64,000 nt of DNA, from NCBI GenBank assembly GCA_965113315.1, contig OZ220369.1; one strand, written 5' to 3'. Below are positions 37,629-49,230 of the stretch, piece by piece. Origin of the DNA: Podarcis vaucheri. Lineage: Eukaryota. Each line of letters opens with the position of its first letter. Positions within the stretch are counted from its first letter, which is position 1. The translations under genes and the position numbers were made by a program. The notes beneath the pieces are model-generated. The model was not told the origin of the DNA, did no database searches, and saw only the letters and a list, made by a program, of their open reading frames with translations.

Positions 37629-38717
37629 ACACTCACTGATAGTGGTTGAAGACTGAACCCAGGACCTTCCAGAAGCTCTACCACTTAACTAAATTTAAAC
37701 AGATTTACATCTCTGTAGACATAGTTAGGATTTTACTGTAAGACTCCAATCAGACTTTTAAGATCACTTGGAAAGCTCTCTGCACTGACCCATGTAGCCT
37801 GCAAAATATTAACTATATTGCTGCTGCTTTTAATTTGTAGATTAGAGTTGCACCATCAGTGCTATGCAGCAAATGGTATGTTAGTGATTGTGAGCAAATC
37901 CATCCATGTAGTTTCATTATCCTGCATGACAGTAAAAACCATGCATGTGAAGCATGTACCAAAGTCATGAAATGGGTGACCAATGCAATAAAAATAGGCT
38001 AATGGGGATGCATTCGAAATGGCTGTGACGCAATGCTTTAGGTGAAATTCATTTGTAACTGCAGACTAGGTGTAGGGAACCTGTGGGTCTCCAGATGTGG
38101 TTGGACTCCAGCTCCCATCACCTCCAGCCAGCAGGGCCAGTGATTCAGGATAATGGGAGCTGCAGTCCAGCAATATATGGAGGGTCATGGGTCTCCACTC
38201 TTGACCTTGTCCCTATCCATTTTTCCCACAATGCAGGGGATTTTTTTAACCGCCCCCCTGCTCAGCCCTGGACTCTCCAGGTGACCTCCAGAGTGGATGA
38301 TATCAAGAGCAAAGCAGCATTTTTCATCAGTATTATACCCAGCCAGATGGGCGGGGTATAAATAATAAATTATTATTATTATATGTACAAATATCATGAG
38401 ACTTATATATTGTGATAGCCTTATCTAAGGATATTTGAGTTCATTATCTGCAATTTCCAGTGCAACAGCACTGATCTGTATTTATTGGAAAGCCTTTTGG
38501 AACATAGCTGGAAAAGCAAAATATGGGAGGCAGCAATGGTGTGGCAATTTTTCACACTTTTCTGAATGTTGCGATACAGTTCTTGAATTAAAACCATGTA
38601 TCCAAAAATGCATTTGGGGGAAGGGTTTACATATATCTTTAAGTGCATTTCTTATTTAGTGTTTTTGTTTAAATAATAGAAATTTGGGATAGAAATTAGA
38701 CAAAAGTGACTTATGAG

Positions 38718-39115
38718 TAAGGATGGGGCATAATTTTAGTTCAGTTTATATTTAAAGCAAAACCTATCTAATTCACACTTCCCAAAACAATATGTGAGCC
38801 AAAAAGCAGCCATCCTTTGAAATTCACACTTCTCTGAATTTTGCAGTGCAGGTCTCCAACCAAGAAATGTGTACAAAAATGCATTCACTAGGGTAAAATG
38901 TGCATTAAAATACATATTTATGTTAGTGAAAACAACTTTCAATGTGCATTATTTTAAGCAAAATTTATATTAGGAAAAGTGATACTAAAATGATAATCAA
39001 TTTTCATGAGGACTTTTTAAAATGCAAAGTGATGTAGAAATGTGGATAACTGAATTTAAATTGGGGTGGGGAGTGAGAAACTGAGAGAAAACAAAATTAA
39101 CAGGTTCCCCACTCA
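38718..39115. repeat. Old AT-rich dispersed repeat (probable non-autonomous DNA element)
   Basis: Shared motifs acctatctaattcacactt...ttctctgaattttg...gagaaactgagagaaa recur at ~21180-21797, 33125-33490(-), 41536-42390, 45273-46217. Confidence 0.55.
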
Positions 39116-40463
39116 TATTTATGAGTTAATACATACTAAATGACCCAGACCAGAAATAAACTGCTCCATCCACCCCTAATCTTACTCGACTTCATCCAGT
39201 GCTAGTTCTACTCAGAGTAGATTCAACACATTTAACTTCAGTTCATTAATTTCAACAGGACTGCTCTGAGTAGGACTTAGCATTGGAGACCCAGACTGGA
39301 AACCTCTAAGTGAAATTTGACAACCACTTGACTTTCATATGTTGGTGCCACATTCAAATGAGAAAGCAGAAACTTGAAATCCCTTCAAACATGTTGTCCC
39401 ATGTGACATTAAATCTTTTATCTCTGTGTTAGCATTTACATTGATTACTTAGGGAGTTTGATGCTCTCTCATATTCAAATTATGAGAGATTCCTCTTTGA
39501 AAGGAAAATTAAAAGTGAGTTTCTGAAATTTATCGAAGGAAGGGGATACAGCGACAAGAGTCCCTCACAGAGTCATTATGTTTATATTATTTTGCATTCT
39601 CATTACAATCACTGTCAAAATAATAGGTTTGCATTTGTGTTATGTTCTCATTACAACCTTGAATGAGGCATCAGAATGTTAATGTCTCATATATTCAAAG
39701 AATTAGCGCAGCCTGCTGCTTCGCGTTGACCTTTTCAGTATTCTGTAAATGGAGGCTGCTATCCTCCCCCATCCCACCCCAATTCTATATTTACAACTAC
39801 TCTTTTCACCTTCATTAATTGGTGGGGAAGAGGAAAGAACCAGCCAATGAAAGCGCTATATTCAGTAAAGGTCAGACCAGCACAAAGCAATCAGTGTTAT
39901 TGCAAATAATAACCCCACCCAATAATTTTGTTTTGGTTATGAACATTTGTCAAGCTAATAAAAGCAATATTGATGCAATAATTTTGATACACAATTATAA
40001 AACAACAAAAAACTAATGTCGTACAAAATCTCTCCCCCCCCCCATGCACTCTTTATTATTGTACTCTTCATCATGGTGTCAGGATTAGATGGCAATTAAA
40101 CACTGATATAAAATTATTTGACTGTAATTATACGTATGTGTAAAAGTGTCTGCTTCCTTTCCCCTATTTCTGATTTTCCATTTTTGTGTGGATATGTGTC
40201 CATGCAAAGGTTTGAATCCCAATTTCATCTCCAATGGTCCACTTGGATGCTGGACAGTCCCATCCTAGTTCTTGCAGCCATGAGACAGCCTATTAAAAAA
40301 GGAGGCTTAACAAACCTTCCATGGTCCATTATGCATGTTCGGTGGGGTACAATCAGCTGGACTGGTGATAGGAATTGCTGAGTACTGCACATAAAACAAT
40401 GAACAGTGTTTCCTAACACCTTTATGGTCTTCAGCAGCTTCTCACAAAGTCCTGATCATCACA

Positions 40464-40567
40464 ACAGGTGGTCAGCTAAGCCATTACAGCATCTCAGTGA
40501 AGAAGCTTCAAGACTACAGGTGGTCAGCTAAGCCATTACAGCATCTCAGTAAAGAAGCTTCAAGACT
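40464..40567. repeat. 52-bp tandem duplication, 1 mismatch
   Basis: acaggtggtcagctaagccattacagcatctcagt(g/a)aagaagcttcaagact twice. Confidence 0.9.
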
Positions 40568-41313
40568 GCTTCCATCCAGACTGGCCAGAACAGAGTATAG
40601 AAGGGGTTCTTTTTTCAGTGGAAATGACCTCTGTCCTTGTTTTAAGCTAGATTTAGCATAGCTCTCTGGAATATGTCTCCTCCATGTTCCTTTCATTCTG
40701 CAAAGGACATTTCTGCTCTCTCTTGGGAGGGCCTGATCTGCTCATAACTATACGCCTACCTTAAAGGATAGACAGAACACTGAACAGGAATACTGAGCAA
40801 TAGGATGGAGAAAATGTGTATGTCTCTTTCCATCCCTTCACCAGTGACAATACTTACCTTGTATCTTATTAGTTATTTCCTCATGCCTTTTCAAAAATCA
40901 GGTTTATAAAATACAGATCTAAGGATACATTTAAGCAGCACACTTTATATACAAACACCAAAATGTAACAGACATTCACATCTTACTATAGGTCTAAAAG
41001 ACTGAATTTCCAGTCAACTTCTTTGTCATTTTTTATAAAGACTTAATTACTGTGTCACGGTTTTGCTTATCAGAAAGCACTGAAAGCTTTAATTACTTTG
41101 TACTTCGGTTGGTTTTGAATGCATGCAAAATTTAACTGTTTCCCCAGAAGCAAATAAAGTCCACATTTATTATGTTACATAAAAGTTATTGAATGATTTA
41201 GAATAATTAAGTTAAAGGCTGCCTTATTCGGGGTTCCACTTATTTAAATGGTGCATAAAATTAATTTCAGAAATTTAATTCTTATTAAACTTGAGTATTA
41301 GGCAGAAGAAGAG

Positions 41314-41376
<63 letters not shown>

Positions 41377-41823
41377 CATTTCATCCTTTGTTCTCTGTTT
41401 CATGTGATTCTTAATTATTCCTCAGGAACACCTATTTCTCTTGCTAGTCCACCCTACTTAGAGTCAGTTTGGCCTTTTTATTTTAATTTTAAAAAACAAA
41501 ATAAGTCATAGGGTCGTTGGTCAAGTGTACAGAGTAGAGATGAGGAATATTAATCACATTTTAATACAAACCTATCCAATTCACACTTCCCAACCCAATA
41601 TGTGAACACAACTATTCTACAAAATCCACAGTTATTCTGCTTTTTAAAAAGATATATTAGGGAAAAGATCACACAAAATCTGTACATTAGTAAAAGCAAG
41701 GAACAAAAAATAGTCTTCACATATTCAAATGAATATTAGGCAAAATTATGTTCAAAGGGTTGTATTTGACTAAGTGCTACTCAGAGTAGACACACTGAAA
41801 TAAATGAGCCTAAGTTAAGCATA

Positions 41824-42049
41824 CAGTGGTACCTCGGGTTAAGTACTTAATTCGTTCTGGAGGTCCGTTCTTAACCTGAAACTGTTCTTAACCTGAAGCA
41901 CCACTTTAGCTAATGGGGCCTCCTGCTGCTGCCGCACCACCGGAGCACGATTTCTGTTCTCATCCTGAAGCAAAGTTCTTAACCTGAAGCACTATTTCTG
42001 GGTTAGCAGAGTCTGTAACCTGAAGCGTATGTAACCCGAGGTACCACTG
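41824..42049. mobile_element. Complete Tc1/mariner (pogo/Tigger-like) MITE
   Basis: TIR cagtggtacctcgggtta / taacccgaggtaccactg; TA TSD. Confidence 0.9.
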
Positions 42050-44049
42050 TATTCATTAAACTCAATGGATCTACTCTGCCTAGCGCTTAGTGGCACACCA
42101 TCAGAAAGGTTGTATCCAATGTTAGTCCTACACAGAGTAGGCCCATTGAAATTAATTGAAAGGGCTAATTTAGGCTTATGAATTTCATTGGGTCTATTTT
42201 GAGTAGAGTTAAGATTGAATATAACCAAATGTATGTATTAGGGGGAGAAATTGCATGAAAATGCATGACTTTTTGTGTGGACTCTTTCAAAACAGATCAC
42301 AAACTGATGAGGAAATGGGGCAAACTGAATTGAAGTCGGGGTGTGTGAGAAACTGAGAAAACTCAATATTTTCTGGTATGTCCAGCCCTAGTACAAAGCA
42401 TATTCTCCTTTGGATCAATGTGTAGCTCAGGAGTGGAAAACAGAAAGTGCAATCATTGATTATCCACAGCTCATGAATGTCATAATAAGAATTATTTTAA
42501 TTAGCACTGGGGGAAGTGACTCTCGGCTCAGTTTAGAATGTGCTTGGAATTTGGCTTGCTTGGAGAGACCTTTTAAAGAAAAAAAAGCTCACATGTTCTC
42601 TGCTCATAATTTTGACACGTGCATGCTGATATACTATGAACGTTAATCACTGCTGGGGCAGTGTTGGAGAAGAACTCCTTGGGGAAACATTATTTGCTTC
42701 ATAATACATCCAAGCATTATGAGCCAGACACATTCATATTGTAAACCAAGTCATTATGAACTTCGTCAGCACCACTAATCATTAGAGTGTTTGCAATGAT
42801 CCCTAATGCCCAATGAAAAGCCTAGCCTTGTGATGAGTCTCTAGCACCGTGTAGGATCAGATTGTTTATCCAACTTGGTTGACTTCAACATGTAGAAATG
42901 GTCAAGCATCAGAGCATAAGTTGACAAAAGTAGGGTAGAAACTTTGCCTTCCTGTCTGTAATTACACAGTGACTGTATGTTACAAATTGATGCTGACAGT
43001 ATTCACATGGTTGAGTAGGACTTAAATGAGGAATCAGTCAGACTGTTGAAGGTTAAACTATTCTGATTTTCTTTAATGAAGATAGTATGTCCCATTTGTA
43101 TTTATGCACCCACAGGCCCTATTCAGCGCTCACCCCCTTGCCATCAGAAGGGGAGAATCCTGGTGACCCCATGTGTTCTTGCCTGTCACAGCAGTATATT
43201 GACAGTGCAGAATATATCTGTCTGTCTTCTCAACCGGGTGTTATTAATTAATATCTTGCTGCCTAATTAGATTTCTTTTTCCCCTTCTCATTTGAATTTG
43301 ATCTCTCAAGCACACCGTCACATTGTCGACATGCACTGTGTTCCAGAGGAGCAGAACATCTGGTAGCATATTAAGTTACTGTAGGGAAGTCAACTTTCCT
43401 GGGAGGCTCAGCACATTCAATGTGACTGCTGCAAACTTTGTGAGATGTCAGAATTTCAATCAGGCGTACAATTTGCATATAACCAGAAAATGTGGTGGAA
43501 ACATGTCCAATGCTGTTGAACATCAGTGGGGAAAACATCCATTATGCACACTGGGGAAGAGTTCCCCCCTGCAGGATTCATCTGAATGAAAAAAGCATAG
43601 ATGTGATATCATGGAATTAAATTTCAGAATGCAGGTCAAGATAAGAGGCTCCTCCCATTCAATTGATTTGTTCAAAATGTTTCCACGAGAGCCTATAGGG
43701 CATGCATACAAAAATCTGCAGCTTACATTGAAAAACTGGTACTTCATTCCAATAAAGTGCAATAATTTGAAACTGAAGTTTGAAACATTTCACAGTTCAA
43801 CAACACACTAAAATTAAAGATCAAATCTTTAAATAAGGAGCAATAGCAACTCTTAAAACTCAGATATTCAGCTCAGCATCTCAGCTCAACTGGATTTCAA
43901 GGCCCGATTATGGGGGGCATCACTGAAAAGGGGGTCCATAAGCAGAGTCTAGGAGCTATTCCTAAGGCCTGGCAGGGTTGATACAGGTTAAGGAAGGTCT
44001 ATAGATGAAGGCTAGTCCATATACCCACTTAGGGGTTTAAAATGTAATA

Positions 44050-44550
44050 GAAGCATTTCAAGTTTGTTCCAAAATGCACTGACACCCCCAGTGCAATATA
44101 TCAATTATCAATGCAACATACTAGGACTGCCAGGCCCCAACAAGCATTCAACAAGTTATCTTCTGTACTACAGGAAGTTTCCAAATAGGGTTGCCATATG
44201 TCCTCTTCTTCCAGGACACATCCTCTTTTTCACGGGTATGTAAAATGAGAGTTGTCATAGCGATCCATAGTCAAAAGTAGAAGTCTGCAAACGCTCCCTC
44301 TTTTTTGCTCTTCAAAATATGGCAACCTTACAAAGGGAGCCCCACATAGAGTGCATTGCGTGGTCTAGTTTGGATATATCTGAACAGCTGTCTCTGAATA
44401 GGATCGCAGCCGGTGTATCACGCCCAGACAATAAAAGGCATATTTAGACACTACCACCTGCACCACCACAGATAAGGCTGACTTCAAGAGAATTCCCAGT
44501 ATTTGAACGTGGTCCTTCAGATGGAGTGCAACTCCTTTCAAGACCTGTCA
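44050..44550 (-). mobile_element. Old L2 fragment interrupted by a MITE (44187-44329)
   Basis: Degenerate reverse-complement similarity to the L2 at 23.3-23.8 kb; MITE ends tagggttgccatat / atatggcaacctta. Confidence 0.5.
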
Positions 44551-45574
44551 CCCCATAGGGGAAAAACATCAGGAAAGTACACACTTCCTTCTATGGGGCA
44601 GATAGCACTTTTTAGGAAAAGATTTTCATCAAAACAGCATAGGGAAAGGGTTAACCGTCCTGCCCCAGTGTTGTGGTTCAGATCCAAATTACCCCTGCCC
44701 TGTGGATGTGATTCCTTTGGGTTATTTAAAAATCCCCAAAGGAGATTTATTCGCAGTTCTGCTGTTTGTCTGGCCTTGTGATCATAATCTTGGCCTGCTC
44801 TTGTCCCTCCACAAAATTTAATTCTATAATGTGGTTGTTGTTGTTTTTTTTGGTCATTAGAAGATGGCAAAGAGCATATTTACTCTACCAATATTTTATG
44901 GTCTAGCACTAATCTGTGTTCCCTTTAAATAAAGCTGCAAGGTGCTTTTGTTTTTTGTTTAGCATCTTGCCTTTCTCAAATTTAGTCCAGAAAGCAGATG
45001 CAGAGAGAAGAACATTAAGGAACCACCCATGTGGATATGTTTAGCTGAATAATGAGAAAAGTATGCAAATAGTTGGTTAATGTTTGCACTCAACTTTATC
45101 CATGCTTTCTTTTTAAGTCCTACATATGGAAACTCTTTGAAGTAATAGTGACAAAATTAATTGCTTGATCAAAATACATGCACAGAGTACACATGCAAGG
45201 GAAGAGAGAACATGATCTGGTAGCCACATAAATCCTTTTATGTCTTGCTGATTTCAGTTGAAGTGTTAAGCCTAGGGTTTTAGGAAGAGGAGATTTATTT
45301 CAGTTCACATTTAAAGGTGAACCTACCTAATTCACACTTTGAACTGAACATTGAAATTCCAGCTTCTCTGAATTTTGTATGCCGATCTCCAACCAAGCTG
45401 TGTTTACAAAAAAATGTATATACTACGGTGAAATATAAATATAAATGCATATATTGAGTGTATGTTGCAAAAATGCATGATATTTGGAAGAAACTGCTTT
45501 GCAGAAGTGTGTATATTAGGCAACATTGCATACAAAGATGTGTATACTCTATTCTGTCTTAGACTCCAACAATA

Positions 45575-46062
45575 GTCAGACTACTGTTTCCAGTTCTGGG
45601 CACTACAGTTTAAGGAAGATATTTACAAGCTGGAACATGTACAGAGGAGGGTGACCAGGATGATTAAGGCTCTGGAAACCAAGCCTTATGAGGAACAGTT
45701 GAGGGAGCTTGATATATCTAGCCTGGAGAAGAGAAGACTAAGAGATGATATCACAGCCACCTTCAAATATCTGAAGGGCTGTCACATGGAAGCTTCTTTT
45801 CTGCTGCTCTAAAGAGTAGGACCTGAACCAATGGATTCAAGTCACAAGAAAGGAAATTCTGACTTAACATTAGGAAGAACTTTCTAATGGTAAGAGATGT
45901 CGGATAGTGGTAAGGTGGTGGAATCTCCTTCACTGAAAGTTTTTAAACAGAGGTTGGCTGGCCACATTTCAGGGATTCGTTAGCTGTAATTCCTGCATTG
46001 CAGGGAATTATGTTAGATGACCCCTGAGGTCACTGCCAGCTCTACAATTCTATGATCCTATG
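45575..46062 (+). mobile_element. Older CR1 3' fragment
   Basis: Degenerate QFWA..FK..I.KLE.VQRR coding sequence; ttctatgatcctatg tail; homologous to the reverse complement of 16500-16990. Confidence 0.85.
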
Positions 46063-46939
46063 TATTGTAGAAGAAATTTACTCTGAAATGTTAGTGAATT
46101 TTGATGCGGACTTTTTTCTTTCTTTCTTTTGAATTGTAGACTGATGGGGAATTACGGAGAACTGAACAGATTCTCAGAAAATGAGATATGGAAATTGACA
46201 GATTTGTACATCCCTACTTAAGCATATGGTTAAACTGTTTCCACAGAAATGTGCAGGAAATCCAGGAAGGCCATTGATCCTTGTAACTCGGCATTTCTGA
46301 TGGATGTAATTTTCAGCCTAAACTGGAGATGCCAATGAATGGACCTAGGGCTCTCCTGCATGTAAAGCATGCACCACTGGCCTACAGTCTTAGGCCACTT
46401 GAGAATGAAAAATGTTTCACATCAACATGATTGTGGCCATAATTCATTTCCAGCAATTTATAATGCAACTTGGAAAATGTGAAGGGGAAATCTTTATAAA
46501 GGGTACAACCAATAAGCTGAGTAACAGCGGAAGGTGCCTTTTCTCGCCTGGCAAGATTAAACACGTGCTTATGGATACACAGCATCTGACCTTACAACAG
46601 CCATTCTTGTAAATGTTACTGAGATGCTAATATTGTTTCAATTAAATAAAAATTAAAGCTCAGAAAATATCACAAAAGGGTAATCTAATATTTGATCATT
46701 AATAGGCTTATGCAAAGGAATATTTGCACAAGCATTTTCAGAAATGGTCAATTCCAATGTTTTATTCTGCTTTTCATGCCTTTTCTTTTTCGGCTTTTCC
46801 CTGTCAGGGGTTTTACATTTTCTTGGTCTATAATTTTCAGGGAGTTTTTGAGAAGTTGGGGGGGGGGGAACCAAAGGTGCACCCAAATGACAACCAGTGT
46901 GTACTAAACAAACAAACAAACAAACAAACAGGCATAATC

Positions 46940-47075
46940 CAGGCATAGGCAAACTTGGCCCTCCAGATGTTTTGGGACTACAACTCCCATCATCCCTAGC
47001 TAACAGGACCAATGGTCAGGGATGATGGGAATTGTAGTCCCAAAACATCTAGAGGGCTGAGTTTGCCTATGCCTG
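46940..47075. mobile_element. Palindromic hAT-type MITE
   Basis: caggcataggcaaact...gggactacaactcccatcatccct / mirror arm ...agtttgcctatgcctg; imperfect 8-bp TSD; degenerate relatives near 15845-15980, 38065-38200, 63020-63145. Confidence 0.8.
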
Positions 47076-49020
47076 GCCTAATTAATCCTAAAGGGCCCAT
47101 ACTGATCAAAAGGAAAAAGGAAAACAAAGGGGAAGGGCCACCATTTATAGGCAACTCATTCCCTCAACTCTGTTGGTCAGTCTCGGCCGTGTGAATGGAC
47201 CCCTTCCCCTTGGAATGAAGTCATGTGAGTTTATGCTTGGGAATGATGTTAACCCTTGGGTTTGTCAGTTAAATGACATCAGAATATCCCAGGAACTGCT
47301 CCATCCATGCCTTTGCCACACTATGCTGGTGCCACACCACCCTGGTTTCTTGCTAGACTTCCTGCCTGCAACTAGCATCCCTTGTTCCTTTGCTGACTTT
47401 ACCTGCCTGACAGAGGCAACTATCAGTGCATAAATTGTCATTTGTCTGTTAGCTGGCAGATAATTTGTTTTAAAGAATTGCAAAGTTCAAGACACAGAAT
47501 TCCAGCTGTTTTGCCTTTCTTATTACTGTTTCCTGTCAATTCCAATCATTAATTGTCCCTCTGGAAGTACTGCTGGCATTGTTTGCTTGAGCCAGAATTT
47601 TTTTTGAAAAGAACTTTCAGCTCAGTCCTAATTTTGGAAAGATGACAATTAATTCTTGGGATGGTCCTGCACTTCCCATTTATGTTGCCTTACAATTGAG
47701 ATTGCAAAAAGGATCCTTGTTTCAAAGAAACTGGTTTTCTAAACTTTGTAAAATACTAACAGTGTGATGAGCTTTAGAATTAAGATAGCAATGTAGTAAC
47801 CTCTGAATTGTTTTGCTGAGCTTCCAAATTGTAAAATGTGCTTGGAAAATTATGAGACTAGACATATTAGTTTACAGGTCCCAGTGCTTAAGTGCACGTA
47901 CATCCCATGAAGATAAGTTGCCTTCAATGTTGTCAACAAAGTAACTGGGTAATTTTGAAAATAGACATTACAGATGATTTATGATATTTGCCAACTTTCA
48001 TAAATTCACCAGAAAATGCTTTTGTTTCATGTTTTCTTATTGCTTTTTTATAGACCTATGTAGATATCAAAATTTGATGCAGACATAAAAATGTCAAGGA
48101 AAGCAAGGGGCATAAGGGAGTCCTCAGATCTTAAATTATTAACTTTTCAATCTTGCAGGTATATGATAACCCTAAATTACATGCTAAAGCTCACAAGAAG
48201 GAAAAGAGGCATTTCATAAAACAGAAATGTATACTATCTACCTGCAGATCCTTGTTTCTTTAAAGTGGACATCCTGAATGCATTGAGAAGGTTGCCAGGG
48301 GCGGGGCAGGGGAAGCAACAATAAGTATAAAGTAGAAGAGGTAGAATCAGATTAAATTTGTAGGCATAGTAGCATCTTCTGATGTGATAAATTCCACAAA
48401 ATTTTAGGATGGCTACAGTTGTTTTCATTTAAGTATAGCCTTTACAATTCTGGAGTGTTTTGGTTTTTTTAAGACAATTCACTTAATCTCTTCTATTGCT
48501 TTATGGGCAATTTGTAGGAATTTATATGGAAATGGCAAACATCACAGAGGTCCATCTATTTTTGTTTGTTTGTTTTTCAAGGGAGGGGAAACTGCTAAAT
48601 CACAAAAGAAACAAACCTTGGGACTTTGGGACTAGACACCTTTAAAACTGGGCTAGACATTTTTAAAGTGCATTTTTGAGGATGAAGAAAAACTAAAAGA
48701 AATTCATTTATTGCCATGTGTGTTTGTGGGTAATGATTTTATTATAAACATTGGATGCATTGTAGAGGTGTTACTAGGAAATTAACCTGCCAAATTTCAG
48801 AAGGAGGGGTACAGGAGCTAAGGTGTTATGATGAATGTGGGGAGGGATCAGCTTTAGGCCTGTGCTCTGTTCAATTGGCACTGAAAGTCACAAAAACTTA
48901 CTGCAAATATTTGACAGAAGTGGATGTGTAAGAATGTGGCAGAGGCAGAAGAGCTTGAATGTCCAGCATTTTCCCGAGCAAACACTACTAAAAGAATTAC
49001 TAACATTACATATTTTAAAA

Positions 49021-49230
49021 TTACAGATAGGTAGCCGTGTTGGTCTGCCATAGTCAAAATAAAAAAATTCCTTCCAGTAGCACCTTAAAGACCAACTAAG
49101 TTAGTTCTTGGTATGAGCTTTCGTGTGCATGCACACTTCTTCAGATATCTGAAGAAGTGTGCATGCACACGAAAGCTCATACCAAGAACTAACTTAGTTG
49201 GTCTTTAAGGTGCTACTGGAAGGAATTTTT
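49021..49230. mobile_element. Penelope-like element remnant forming a perfect 168-bp palindrome (49063-49230)
   Basis: gtagccgtgttggtctg...agcaccttaaagac...atgagctttcgtg...cttcttcagat|atctgaagaag..., sauropsid PLE terminal motif in inverted arrangement. Confidence 0.8.
49146..49181 (+). ncRNA. Minimal hammerhead ribozyme core (mirrored on the minus strand)
   Basis: CTGAAGA-A-[GTGTG CATG CACAC]-GAA-AGCT-C; palindromic AGCT replaces stem III; stem I is only 3 bp (tat/ata). Confidence 0.55.

Noticed and set aside
44600-44710. Faint resemblance to the ancient AmnSINE core (also at ~4410-4450)
   Set aside because: Similarity too short and weak to support without an HMM search
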